Origin: the human T2T-CHM13v2.0 reference genome, Homo sapiens
Reading direction: 5' to 3' (one strand)
DNA length: 64,000 nucleotides
NCBI RefSeq assembly: GCF_009914755.1
Contig: NC_060942.1
Made by a program: the position numbers and the translations under genes. The notes below the pieces were generated by a model. It was given only the letters and a program-made list of their open reading frames with translations. It was not told the origin of the DNA and did no database searches. Positions 10,591 to 24,845 of the stretch are shown here, piece by piece; within the stretch, counting starts at the first letter, position 1, and each line of letters starts with the position of its first letter.

Positions 10591-12708
10591 ACCGCCCTGC
10601 ACAATACTTCCAGGACTTTCCCCTCAGGCAGCCTCAGTTTCCCCCTAACGTAAATGCTGAAGGAAACAGGGAGCCAGTACTTGAAGGTTTGGGGACCATT
10701 TTACTATTTTCAAGCTTTGCCAATTTGTTTTGTGTTATTAAAAAAACGAAAACACAAAACAAAACTGCATGGCCTAGAAACACAGAAGCACAGACCACTG
10801 GACTCTTCTCTTGGCCAAAGAGCCATCATTTTCTTTCCGATGCCCCAGTTTCCCAGCCTGTCTCAATCGAAAGGGCGTGCTTCTATAGCGCATTGTTTCT
10901 AGAGCACATTGGATGGACACTATCGGTGAAATTCAAATACTCATAGATTTCTGTTCCCTCCTCCACCTTCCCCCTTTCACTGCGTAGCGGGGAGACTTCC
11001 TTATCCACAACAGCCTCTGGGTCCCCGCCATCTCCCCAGGAGGAAGAGCCTTCTGCCTTTGGGCTCATCATTAGAGGTGGCTCTGGAAGCTGCTCTCTGG
11101 CTGGAGGCTGTTTCCTGTGGGAAACACCTTCATAGTGTTGGGCAGGTTACCCAGGGCTTTCACCTCATTACCCACGGAGCAACCTGTGGACCAGGGGCTC
11201 TCAAGGTACAAGTGACATAAGCCTTTGGCTCTCTCTGAGACCAGATCCCCATGTGCCACAAAATCTCCTGGCCAGGGTCTGGTGGGGAGAGTGGAGTCCT
11301 CTGCCCCCACCGCCATTCTGCGAAGGCCATCAGCTGGGCTGGTCTCACCTCTGCTGCAGTGGCTCTCCCCTGCCTGGAATACAGCTCAAAATGCGAACTC
11401 TAGGATTCATGTCAGAGGTGGCAAAAGAAGTGAAAGATAAGAAATACACACTTTGGGACACTAACGAAGCGAGGTGGAATTTGTACACCTTTTCTTTGTG
11501 TAGCCGTTGAAGATGTTGGAAGAAATTTGAATGTGCCTTCTGAGCCAAACCCTCTGATTTAGTAAAGTCAAAATAATGAGAATTAGCCTGCACCTAATAT
11601 AACTCTGACACCACCTACACATCCCTTTCACAGAGGTGCAATGAGGATTAATCAGTTAGTATTTATAAAAAGATCTGGAGACAAAAATCATTACTTATAA
11701 ATGCTAGATAATATTAAGGATTTGGATTATAATATGATAAAATGTAAAACAAAATAACATGAATTTGTGGCATGTATGAATAACAAGCTTCTAGGTTGCA
11801 TGTCTGCTAGCACAGCCAGAGCAACCACATTATCTGAGACTTACTTTGGGGCCATTTGAAATGACCTGACACAATTGAATTTAGAAAGTCATTCAAGACC
11901 CCTTGTTATCCAGGGACACTGAATTACTCAGGCTTAGTTGGCTTCCACGAGTTTGTTTTATAAGTGTCTTTGAGATGGTCTTATAGGCTATTCAGGCTTC
12001 TCGTAAAATAGAGTGGCATTTGACTTTCATATGCCTTACACTTCACATCAGGAAGCTCAGCTTTCTTTATGCTGATAATATTTTTCATATGCTAAGAACT
12101 CAAGTCAACGAACATGCACTTAGGTAAACTAACCGCTACTCACTTTCATTAATTTCAGAGTAAGCAAATGGACAAGTCACAAATTTTAAAATCGCTCTCC
12201 TCTTTGCAGAACCCAAGTTTTAATATTCCACTAAGTTTTGAAGGCCAACTTCTATCAACCAAGGGGTAATAATCTAGGTATTACTATAGAGTTTATTAAA
12301 GAGACATTACTGTAGACTTTATTAAATACAAACAGATCACCCCAAATTGAAGTGAGTTTACAACTGGCAAAATTCTTTAATATAGTATACAATTTATTTA
12401 GTATACTAGTCATTATCATCTATCCCATGGGGTAGGCGAGTGTTATTATTTATATAGTGTTGATAAAACAACAGAATATCTGGGATGTTAAGTCACTTGT
12501 CAAAGACACCAGATCTATCCACTACACTCCATGGCCTACATGTATAGAAATTAGTGGCTCATTGGGAACAAATGCCTTTGACAAGTTGCAAAGCAAACAT
12601 GCAAAAAAAGAGAAATGAAGAACAGTGAATTCATCTGTACAGCTGTATGTGCTCACATAGAAACAATTTCTAGTTCTAACTCAAAAGCTTATTTTGCTTT
12701 GTTTTAAG

Positions 12709-12918
12709 CCACACTCATGTGCACAAAATAGAGAACCCAGCCATGAAACACCACATATATGAAGCTAAGATACAGAGGAATCCCCTTGTATGAAGACAGA
12801 AGAGGAAAAAACACTACCATTGAATCACAAGTGTGCTCCCATGTTCTTCCTCCGGGAAACAAAGACAAGACACCTTGGGCTGGCTGACATGGATTGAGGA
12901 TCAGAGTATACTCCGGGG
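12709..12918 (+). ncRNA. Candidate internal exon of a divergent lncRNA
   Basis: Branch TTCTAAC, acceptor TTATTTTGCTTTGTTTTAAG|, donor GGG|GTATGT; stops in all three frames. Confidence 0.45.
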
Positions 12919-13236
12919 GTATGTAACACAGGATGCAACCCAGCAGAGAGAAAACTGATCCTTAGTCTTCCAAATAGACCAGTTAAAAAATGTGTATATT
13001 CCCTAAGAGCTCACAGGCCTAATTAAGATTTTTTGAACCTGATCAAAACATTAATTACTTTGCACAAACTGAGCAAACATATAGATGTCACATCCTATAA
13101 ATGTTTCTTTCAATTGCTGTCCTGGGAAGATAGATAGAAATTAAAATAGTACATCATTAAGTAGACTACACATCTCTCTTCTCCGTTGTTCTCATGGGTA
13201 TTAAATCTCTACTGACTATTTTGTTTTTCTTTATAG

Positions 13237-13355
13237 TAAACCAGAGAGGATATTATAATACCAATTACTAATATTTATTGAACACCTACTCTTGTCAGGC
13301 ACTTTACCTCTGCCCTGTACTTAATCTATCAATAAAACTACAAGATTGATTTGAG
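13237..13355 (+). ncRNA. Candidate terminal exon of the divergent lncRNA
   Basis: Branch CTGAC, acceptor TTTTGTTTTTCTTTATAG|, AATAAA at 13331-13336. Confidence 0.35.
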
Positions 13356-13434
13356 CATTTGCATTTTATGCGCATTTATACTCAGAGAGGCCGAGAATTT
13401 GCTCTAAGTTATTCAGTTAAAAAATGGTGGACCT

Positions 13435-13810
<376 letters not shown>

Positions 13811-16229
13811 TCAATGAAGGAGGCAAACTAGGCAATCCCACTACATCAATACCTGCCCTGACAGACTTTGGAGACCTGGCTGGCTTAACTATGAAAGTGC
13901 AGAGAATTCCATTTGTTTCCACCCAATTTAACATTGCTGTGCTAGTCTTCATCTACATTTCTTACCTATAGGTGTTTGTATGTAAAAGTGGGATTGCTAG
14001 TGGATCGCATACCATGCTGAGTCCTGGAAATATGCAGAAAGGTGTTCCCAGAAATTGTTCTTGATACCTTTGTCATGAGTTTAATGAATAATTCATCCAG
14101 GAGAGGTCTCCTGTGCTAGCCAAAGCGGGGCATATTCTTTGCTTCTGTAACACCATGTTCACAGCCTCAAGGAGCACATGGACTTGTGTCTTGTGTACAT
14201 GTCTGTCTGCTTTCCTTTTCTCCTCATAAATGAAATTCTCTTCCCATCTTTTTAAGGTCCTTTGAAGGGTATCACCCTTCTCTTCTCTCCTGCATTCAGG
14301 AACAATTGCAAACTTTAACATAACCCAGAATTCCAGAATTCATTCTAGAGCAGCCCACACAGTGTCCTGAGGAGTCTCCTATCCAGAATCAGCTGTCCAA
14401 GAAACGTGGTCTCTTGTCCTGGGAGCTCCTGGAGAAGCCACAACTAGCATACGGTCTCACTCGGTAATTAACACATTCAGCATATGATGCCTACACTGGA
14501 TACTTGTTGAATTAATAGATAAACAAAACTCATCTGAGCTACTGATATAGATATCCTGAGAGCTCCACATCAGTTTCGTGCACTGCATTCATCAGCTCCA
14601 ATGGCAGTCACGTAGAGCTTATTTACTTTTGTTTTATGCACAGTTATAACAAATTTTGTCTCATCCCCATTATCTGAAAAACAACACATTAAAAGGAAGG
14701 AGGAGTCATTTTCATTAACAAACATGCAACTATCAGCAAGAAGGGAGCCTGAAAACAGAAGACGAGGCAGAAAATGTAAAAAGAAGCAACCAGCATTCCA
14801 AAACCACCTGGGAAAACAACGTGAATCCCTCAGTGGTCTCAGAAGGAGTAAAGCACATGTGATCTAAGAGTTAACATCCCTCACAAGGATCCAAAGTCGT
14901 GCAAAGGGTTAAAATTGGTTCCCTAATCTTTGTTTTAAGAGGAGGAAAAGGTAGTGATATTTTTGGGAAAATGCTAAAAGTTTCAAAGTGTTAGCATGGA
15001 GAATGGGAGAATGATGTCTGTGTTATTCAAAAGTCACCTACGGGAATCATTCCTTACTACACTGTTTTTCTCACCAAAAGAAATGACTCTGAAATCTGTG
15101 CTGCTCTGACAGAGCCTGGGAAGGCAAAAACTCAGCCTTCAACGGCTCCTTCCACTCCGGGCTGCCATCCTCTGTGGGCACTTATTAGGAGCGTGAACGC
15201 GATCATCACTGGGGACTTCAAACATACCTGCTCACGGTGGTTTGGTTTTCATTATGTGCCACAGGCACTTTCTCTAACCCTCAATGTAAATTATTTATGT
15301 GTTTAAAAGGATCACTTCCTTCTCACAGGAAAATAATAAAAGGAAGCGTAAAATTTGTATTTATGTTTGGTAATGCCTGAATCATTCATTCACAGTTACT
15401 CTTTGTTTAACAGCGATGCTGAAAATAATAAAGGGTCATAGCTAGCATTTATCCATTTTCATATGCTAGCATTTACACAACCATCTTAGTTAAAAATCAC
15501 AACCATAGAAAGTGTGGACTATTATCATCACCCCCATTTTACAGATGGGGAAACTGAGGCCCAGAGGTCCATGTGTCCAGAGCCTTCAAGTTATCCAAGA
15601 CCCTTCATAGACCTTGCCTTATGCATATGGCACTGCTCAGAGAGCTCAAGGCCTCACTGCATTAACGTCTATGGGAGCCTCTCTGTTGACCACATCTGGG
15701 TATGAGGGAATTTCCTCTAAAATTACAAACTACCTCTCAGTTTGAATCAGATTAATAGTATCATTTTAATTCCAACACAGTGGCAGACACTATTATAGAC
15801 AGCAGGGACATAGACATGACTACAAAATGTGGCCTTTGGATATGAGACATTGGCAGTATAGTTGAGGGAGTCACGGAAAAGACAGGCAAGAAGACATCGG
15901 TGATGTGGTGAGGCAGACACCTCTGTACATTCACCAGATATGCACAGAAAGGGCCATCTCACTGAGCCCGGGTGGCAGGTGGGCTTCCTGGATGAGATGA
16001 CAGGTAAGTTCATCTTGGAGGCTAAGTAGGTGTTGTCCCAGTGGGGAGGAGCTGAATGGGAATACCAGGTAGGAAATACAGGATAGGATGCCACACAGAG
16101 GATGAGCTCCAAGGCTGATATTCTAAGGGGGAAGGGGGAAGGGAGAGTGGAAATCCTGCTGGGGGGTGAGGGTGGGGTTATGGAGGGTCTTATGCATTGG
16201 GAGAGGGGCTGGGACTTTACCCTGTGGCC

Positions 16230-16419
16230 CAAGGATTCTCCACCTAGGGACTGTAGATGCTTTGGGCCAGATCATTCTTTGTTGTGGGAGGCTGTCCTGT
16301 GCATTGTAGGACGTTTGGCAGAGTCCCTGGAATCTTCTCACCAGATGCCAGTAGCAACACCTCTCCCCATTGCCAAATGTCCCCTGGTGTGGGGGAATGT
16401 TCCCCATTGATAGCTGCTG
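16230..16419 (-). mobile_element. MER20 (hAT-Charlie) within L2 sequence
   Basis: TTTGGGCCAGATCATTCTTTGTTGTGGGAGGCTGTCCTGTGCATTGTAGGA...CATTGCCAAATGTCCCCTGG matches MER20 in reverse, with an internal deletion. Confidence 0.85.
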
Positions 16420-17280
16420 CTATAGCTGGCGGGCAGTCTTGACAGGTGACTCAGCAGTGTGGTGTTAGGCCAACTTGGCACCATTGTCACATTCCTTTGG
16501 AAGCTTAGAGAACGGATTTCAGCGGGAGAAGTCTAGAGGCAGAGAAGCTAATAGGAGCCTGTTGCAATACATCATAGGAAAAGTGATAATGGCACAAGAG
16601 GGGTTGGACATGAGAGAGGTCAAGGAGGGTAATAATGGTAGAACCTCTTGTTGGTTGGGGGTGAACAGGGAGCTGGAAGTGATGTTGTTAGTTACAAGAA
16701 AGGAGTCCAGGAGAATATTGAGATGTCTTGGCTGGAGAATTGGGTAGAAGTTATTGACCAAGACAAGGAATGTATGAGATGGAGCAGGTTTGGCGGAACA
16801 GTTAGTATATTCTGACCTAGAAATTGGAGCTGGGGAATAATTTTCTGCAGCTACTTCAGAGGGGGGAAGAGGCTTCTGTAACTTAGTGTTAATGCAGGAA
16901 ACAGCAATTTCTCTTCCCAGAGAGCTTGCCGTTCAGGAAGTGCACCAATGTCTCTACCCCCACGGAAGCAGTGTTTCCCAGAACACACTTTGGAAATCCA
17001 TGTCATCACTTGAATTTAAAGGTTTAAAAGGAAGTACAATAGGATCCAAGAGACAAAGAAGATGTAATTCCAGAAAGGAGTACTTGAGTTAGATGAAAAG
17101 GATAAGTCAGATTTCAAAGGGCAGAGATGGCAGGCAAGGCCGAGCCCTCCTCTCTCCCCACCTTGGTCTGGGGGTGATTCCTACACTGAACTTCCTTCAG
17201 AGCCTTAGACAGGCCAAACGTTCCCTTTACCTGAAGAGGTTTCCCAGCCCTTTACCTGAAGAGCCCTCAGTAACACTCTC

Positions 17281-17934
17281 ATTCTCACTCATAGAAAGCT
17301 GTTGCTTCTTTTTATTGCCTTTGCTGTGTTTTGTGATTATTTTTCTTTCTTTGCTGTTTGTTAAACTTTGGTCTCAGCCCCAGGTATGGCATTCCCATGA
17401 GAGCAGGGATGATGACTTTTATTTTCTTAATTCTATCCCTAGTGCCTAACTCGGTGCCTGTAACAGGTGGTCACTCCATATGTATTTCATAATAATTTGT
17501 TGGATATCTTTGTGGAATAAATGAATAAATGATGAATGTGAGCAATGGCACGAGGAACAATTAGAGTGGAAAATCACAGAGACGTTGACCAACGGTCTTT
17601 TATGAATGAACTTTGGCCTTTGAGACGGGAGGACAGGAAAATTTGACTGAAAGCCGGCTGGGGTCAGGGCTAGGAGGACCTCTAGCACGATCTGTGGGAT
17701 CTGGACTTTCATTCATGTGTGGCAAATGTGTAGCCATCCATGAACTTGAACCAAGAGAGGGGTTGTCTTCCTAGCACTTGAACGCCCATTCTTGCTCATA
17801 GAAAGCTGTTGTTTCGTTTTATTGCCTTTATCACGCTTTGTGATTATTTTTCTATTTCTTTGCTATTTGTTACACTTTGGTCTAAGCCCCTGGTGTGGCA
17901 TTCCCATGAGAGCAGGGACGATGACTTTTATTTT
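17281..17934. repeat. Local dispersed direct repeat, ~145 bp x 2 (17281-17425, 17788-17934), L2-derived
   Basis: Hand alignment: 16 mismatches plus one 2-bp indel. Confidence 0.9.
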
Positions 17935-18169
17935 TAAAGTAAAATTAAAATTCTCCCAAATAGCCTGGAGAAGCATGTGATGCCTGAATAACTAGTACCA
18001 TCATTCACTTCAGTTGAATCCTCTTAAACAAAGAAGAACATTTCATGTGAAATAGTTTTTGAAAACGAGATGTACTTAGAAGTTGGAAAATAAAAGAAAA
18101 TGTGAAAATAAGGGTTTTTCTTCTTCTATGTAACACAAATTCAGTTAGAATTAAAACTTAAAGAATTCC

Positions 18170-18389
18170 TGTTTGTCTTTCTGTGCCTGGCTTATGTTAT
18201 TTAACATTGTGCTCTTGAAAATGCTAAGAGTTGATGTTAACTGTTCTCACTGCACAGCGAATAACTATGTGAGGTAACGCATTTATTAGCTAGATTTAAC
18301 TATTCCACAATGTGTATATACTTCAAAACATCATTTCATACATAATGAATACATAAAATTTTTTGTCAATTAAAAAAATAAAAAATAAA
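18170..18389 (+). mobile_element. Short L1MA-type 3' end with inverted 5' piece
   Basis: Antisense L1 motif TTTGTCTTTCTGTGCCTGGCTTAT, then sense 3' UTR (AACTATGTGAGGTAACGCAT...GTCAATTAAAAAAATAAA). Confidence 0.7.
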
Positions 18390-20689
18390 TCTTAAGATAA
18401 AAATTTTTATTAAAAATGATTTTTTCAAGGTACAAATGTTCAGACCAATGTTTATGATAGGTTGCTATAGCATCCCTGTTCTTCATGTTTACTTTTGCTG
18501 TATTATCAAAACAATGGTCATATTTACAAATAAATATGTTAGGCCTTCTATAATTTTCCCAAAGATTTGTCTTAATTACTTATATGAATTTTGTATATTT
18601 TTATAAGAGCCTATCATATCATCACTGCTATGGAGTTTCTCTGGGGTTAAATTTACAATTAACTGTTAGCTGTGAGATCCTGTTTGTAAATGTCTTTGAG
18701 TAAGATTTAAGCCATTCTCCAATATCACTTTTATGGATTTGTGGAAGTTACCTCTATCTTACAATTTTTGCAATTTCTCTTTACAATTCAGTCATATTTC
18801 CTTTATATTGTATTGTCTGAGTCTCTATCAATCACTGAGTGAGTTGACTATTGACTCAATGGACATGAATAAAGCATTAAGTTAAACAGTGGCAACTAAA
18901 TTATAAGTGGTCAGTTTACTAATGACTATCTTCCTGCTTCGATGGCTGTTGCTTCTTTATTCAGCCTCATGTCTCTGAGGACTAGAGTAGTGAATCTGGA
19001 CAATGGTTGCACTCCGCACTCTATGCCTCCATCCTGCAAGACCTCCTTCCTCAATCTTACTTTATGCCTCTCTCTCTGTCTTTGTCTTCACTCTGTTTTT
19101 CTACTGGGAATGTCCTCACTTATCTCCCAAATGTTATTTATCTCATTGGGTTTTTCCTAATCTGTATAATCAGATTGATATTCACTTTCTTACTCTTCTG
19201 AGCTTTTATTTTGTTAGTTTTTATTCACCCTTTAACCTCTGCAACACAGAATCAAACACAAGTGCTTTCCTGTGGTCACAAGAAGGTGTATTTGTTCTAA
19301 GGGGCTGACATGTTTCAATCCTTGTCTGATTCTTGATACTCAAATAAAAGGATACGTCTACTTGGAGAGCCTCAAAAAGGGCTGCTACTTGCCTTTAGAT
19401 CTCGCCCACTTATAGTTTGTCTACCCACAAATTGACAGAGACACACAGAACACCCACACAGACAGCTTGTACCTGTGTGCTTTTGCTTGACTAATCCACA
19501 CTGTCTTCATGGGTCAGCTGGTTTAATGAGCATCTCCCACCATCATCTGAGTGGGTGATCTAAAATGCACACCTCTGCTACTTACTGCAGCTCCCACACC
19601 TACCACTCTACAGCCATTTGCTGAAATAGCTTCTGGTTACCTGCGACATGCTGGTCTCACCAACTGGACTTCAAGTTCCTTGAAGAAAAATATTGACATA
19701 CCTTTTTCTTTAAATGCCAGATATCTTGTCGAGTATGGCATATAGCACGTACTTAAAAGGATTAGGTAAGTAATGAATGTGTATGGGTTTTTTATTATAA
19801 TTATGTTGATGTATAAAGTTGCAAATTCCTAAAAGGCAGAGGCCACTCTCAATTAAGATGCAGTTCAGTGACCAATATCACTTGGTTAGGAAACACTTGT
19901 GCAAAGTGCCATGCTATCTTCACTTTAGTCGGTGTCTGTCCTACCTGGCGTATACCTTGGGCAGATCACTTAATCAAAGACTGTTCCCATCACCCATAAA
20001 GTGAGAGAATTGGACTAGTTTGTCCACAGAGACTCCTGCAGCTTAGTCATTCTGTGAGTCACGGAACAATATATAACTTACCAAACAAGACGTTTCCTTT
20101 TAAACCATTTCACAATTGTTACCCATCCATAAAGTGATACGGTTTTTTAAAATCCTGTGTTTTACACTCCCCAGTTGTAATCTGTGAATATGTCAACTTC
20201 CTACTAGTCTAGTACTTACTTCGGTAATCATTTTACCTAACCAATGAAGAGGATTCACTATCTAGTGATGAAAAACGTTTGAGATGTTTAGGGGCCAATG
20301 ATTTATCAAATAGAACTTTTAGCCTATTTTGGTCAGATAAACCTGAAATGTTAAAGTGCCACTAAAATGCAGAAAACACTGTGGGTTCTCGTTCTGGAGA
20401 GAGAAAACCTAAAACATTACAGTTTCAAAACAAAGGTAACATAAAATAGAACATTCATCAGGAGGCCATCAGGAAAGGCCATTTCTTCTTGTTGAGAGAT
20501 CCAAGGAGAACACTTCTTTTTATTTGTGTATATTTGCAACATGACACTATCAACAATGAAATGGCTTTCACTGTTTAGCTTGTAAAGATGTGGCTTTAGA
20601 GTATGTTACGGAAACTTTGACTTGAAGCATCAGTACTCTAATTAATAGAAAGTCAGTTTTGTGCTAGCGCCTGGGGAGAATAGCAGTGT

Positions 20690-21225
20690 ATGGAGTTTCA
20701 AGTCAGTGTATTAATCCCTCTCATTATTTAAGACAAAAAACATAATTTTCAGGAAGGTAAAGAGGCCCACAAGTGAGAGAGGTGACATGATAAGAGGCAC
20801 AATGTCAAGAGCAGAAAGTTTTGGCTTCCGGGGAGATTTCAGAGCAGGTAAGAAGCTATCCTGGGTGAGGTACAGTCAGCCTATCATGTAGGGACCAAGG
20901 AAAATGTTGAAAAGGTCAGAGATTTGGCTGACTCGAATACATGATTAACTGTGAGAATGATGGCTGAAGAGTTCAGTGTAGACCAAGAGACAGATGCTCA
21001 CATTCTGAAAGAAAACTTGAGCACGAGGGAAGTTTCCGTGAAGATCGTGCCAAGTGCTTTGAGTGATGAACAGAAACAGAAAAGTCTTGACATTTGTTCT
21101 GGTCTTTCAGAGGAAGCCAGATAAAACAGTGCTTTGTGAAGAAACAAGTAACCAGGAATGAACTGCGGAGCAAGAGAACTTCAATTCAAGAGATGGATGG
21201 AAACATCAGTATTCTCAGTACCCCC
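20690..21225 (+). pseudogene. Fossil Tc1/mariner transposase fragment (HTH, linker, start of catalytic domain)
   Basis: From 20900: ENVEKVRDLADSNT*LTVRMMAEEFSVDQETDAHILKENLSTREVSVKIVPSALSDEQKQKSLDIC; after a frameshift, VTRNELR (compare VTGDETW) at about 21148. Confidence 0.75.
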
Positions 21226-24200
21226 TCCACACACCTTTATTAAAGCATTTTTATTTAATCAGTACTCATTTACTGAGCACATACTAGGTGTACAGAATTA
21301 TGTTTAGCATTGTGGGAATTATAAACATGAAAAGGACATGGTTTCTTCCCTGTAGCTGTTTATAATATGATGAAAGAAAGTAAGACATTATAAGAGTCAT
21401 CACTTTCCATCACAAGACCAGGCAATAAATGGAAAGTCCTGAAGATTGATACAACCTAGCACTTTTATGAGATGCCTACAGCTCACTTGAGCATGTACTT
21501 TCCATGAAGTCCTTTTTGAGCTGTGTTGCTTTGATAAGCGGATAACACAGGTGTCAAACAAAAACTCAAACCTATGTTTAGAGGGCTAAGATGTCCCATT
21601 ACTGAGAAGAGTCAAGAAAATGATAAAGGTGCTGAAGGAATTCCCAAAACTGAGTCCATCTATAGCTTCTCCAGTTGATGCTCCTAAATGGAAGGCTGTC
21701 CACTGCGTCATTTGCGGATGTGGCATCTTCATTATAAAAATCAGTCTCACCACTGAAGATAATTTATTGTATGCATTTATCCATTCGGAGCACTTGTGTG
21801 GAGTTCCTACAGTATGCCCAGCATTCTAGTAGAGCTAGTTTATACATTCATTTTGCCAAAAGTTTATAGACTGCTTAATTTTCATCAACAATCAGCAAAT
21901 TATTGGGTTCCACGTTGACACTTACATTTGAACTTAAAGGTTTATTTATTTTACCATCCACATTAAGGAAACATTATAATGAGCTTTTAAAGGAAAAACA
22001 AATAGCTTTGGAGACATGAGAGTAGAAAGAATCCCAATTTCTCATTTTGGCCAAGTTCAACAAACATTGCACCATGAACCAATAGCTCCTAATGAGGACA
22101 GCTGCAATACACTAAATAAATATACCATTATATGTAATTAACTTAGAAATCTTGCAATTTCCTGATCATGGACTTTAGCCCATTTATGGATGGGAATGGT
22201 TATGTATGTGTGCATTTGTGACAAACACGAAGGGATATCTTAGATATTAAAGATAAAATGAATAAACTTTACTGTGTGCAACAAAATGGGAACAAATACC
22301 ATTTTGACACTGCCTTACATTCATTCTATCCAGACTGGAGCACCATTAAGAATGAGACTGTTGCATAGATGCAGCCATATATGCATTTCAGCATTTTTCA
22401 AAATGTAGAATGCACCTAGTTTCTAGTGATATGAATTAAAAATTACTAGATGTAGCCAAGAGGAAAGCAATAATGAAGAAATAGAACAGCGACTATATAA
22501 TTTACTCTGTTAGATACTTTCAAATAAACTGATGTCGAAGCTATCACAGTGGTGATGAGAATCAACTAGCGAAGTATTTGATTTATGATTTGCAAAGAAT
22601 ACCCTCATTATCCTCTGTTCAAATGACTATTTGACGGTCAATGCCTTTAGAAGAAGGAAAATAATTTAAATTTAAAAATCCCAGCAAACCAAGAATTGTG
22701 TGGTATTCAGAATAAATAATTTCTATCCTATTGGGCTTTATCATGAATAGTGATATTAAATCCCTTGGTTTTATATGTCTTCAAAAACTTAGCTATGGCC
22801 ATTTGAATACAGTAAAAATAATTATCTTGGAATGTATCACAATACAGCTTAAACATTCAAATAAATAAATTTATAAAATTCTAAACTTTGAAGCCACCTC
22901 TAAAGGTCATTTTTGATCATTGTTTTGTATCCCAGGTTGCTTAGATATTTGAACATAGTTTTTTTTTTTTTTAAGGTAAAATTAAGAAAATTTGACTTCC
23001 ATATAAATGAAAACCATCACCCACAGCAAGTGCTCTTAGGATCCTAAAATGCTGAAGTTTAGTAAAATGATTCATAGAAGCTATTCATAAACTATTTATT
23101 TTGGTTAAGGTAATGATGAGGGCTTTTTTCTTTCCTTTTACCAGGAATCACTATTTTATGGTTGTAACTAATTATCTGAACAAAATTGTCAGCTAAAATT
23201 TCTATATTTATATTATAAAAGATGGTGAGGTATTTTTTAAATCAGTCACGACCTTAGTGAATCCAAATGGAACAGGAACTTTTTTAAATGAAGTGCTCAA
23301 TATCCACACTGATTGTCTTTCTTCCTTCATTAATTTGTTGGTGGTATTCGTGTGGGGTGGATGGGAGATGTTATGACTATAGTTTAAATATTTTAAAATA
23401 TTCATTTCGGGTGGTTGAGAAGGATGATAAATAGAGAAAACAATAATTTATGTTATATGTATACATACACGTGCACACACACACAGACACAAAGAAAAAT
23501 AGAAAACATTTGTGTCAAATGTTAGCTTCAAGTTAGGCTCACTTACCACATCTTGAATGTTATGCCATCCAAATATAAATAATATATAGATCTAGATGAA
23601 AACTAGTATGTCCTTAGACCAATAAAAATGATTTTTTTTGGTTTAAGAGAAAATAAAAACTATTGCTATGCATTTATTAAACTAGTGTTCCTAAAGTTTT
23701 CTGAATAAGCGTCTTCTATCATTATGACCTTTCACATGCATTAGAAGGCAGAAGGCTCTTACATTGTGCAGTTGCTGTTGTATTGGGAGGCTGACACATT
23801 CTTATTGCCCCACCTGTTATAATTTCCACAAGGTTAATTCTATACTTCTGTTTACAGTAAACATATCTTTATAATATAGAAAGGAAAAGCACCTTCTTTC
23901 AGACACCTACAAGATTGTTCAGAAAAGACAAAATACCCTAGCAACTATATTAAGCTATGGAAGTCTTCTCTTAACAAACTCTGGACAATCAAGTTGATAT
24001 TTTATTCTGCAGAATATGTTCACTTTTATTCATTACTTCTCTTAACTCTATCTAAATAAGCTCTTTATTATAATAGGTAATAAATATGCCTGTAGATTCT
24101 GTATGTTCAAGTTAGAAGGATGTGAGGTAGGGATTTCACACTTAATATGTAGTATTTTATCTTGCTTGCTCAATAAGTACGTGTGTTGATAGCAAGTGTA

Positions 24201-24845
24201 CATTTTTACTCACATTTATGCATTTTGAATACAGCTGTCTTCCATTTAGAAAGAGCACTTCTTACACAATTTGATAAGTATCTGCTGTATCTGCAGTTCT
24301 GCCAAATACATTTTCTCAGTGCTTGGAGGCTATAGGCTGTGTATCAGCTACGTAGGAAGTCAGTACCTTTTCCCATTGGTTCAAAACACAATTAAGCTTA
24401 CAAGAAGTTATGTTGCTCTGCATAACTATAATTAATGTGCAGATCTAAGATTAAACAGTATAAATAAAAAGCTAGAACCATGATCAGTATTCAGAAGCAG
24501 GATCAGCAAATTTCAAAGATGAGATAAGCCAATGCAGGTAATTTAACAACTGTTTAAAATACATTAGAATTTTCTAGTTCCATCTAAGTGCAATTTGCTG
24601 GACATTTGATATTTGAGTCTCTTGCAGAAAATCTAAATAAATCACTATAAAATCGGATCAACAGGAATTAACAATGATACGATCATAGCAAGCCCAAGTG
24701 TACGTTTGCTTTTAAAATACCTCTAAGTTCATTGAGCAGACCAGTTTTTATTTTCATATGTATGTTGATTTGGGAAAAGCTATAAAAAGAATGGCCTTTC
24801 TCATTTTTCTGAATTATATTAACATTAAAATACACACATAAGTCC

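Noticed and set aside
10266-10653. Arg/Glu-rich and Ser/Leu-rich ORFs
   Set aside because: Translations of the CT low-complexity tract
20260-20350. C/D-box snoRNA-like spacing (GTGATGA...CTGA)
   Set aside because: No terminal stem and no recognisable rRNA/snRNA guide; likely chance
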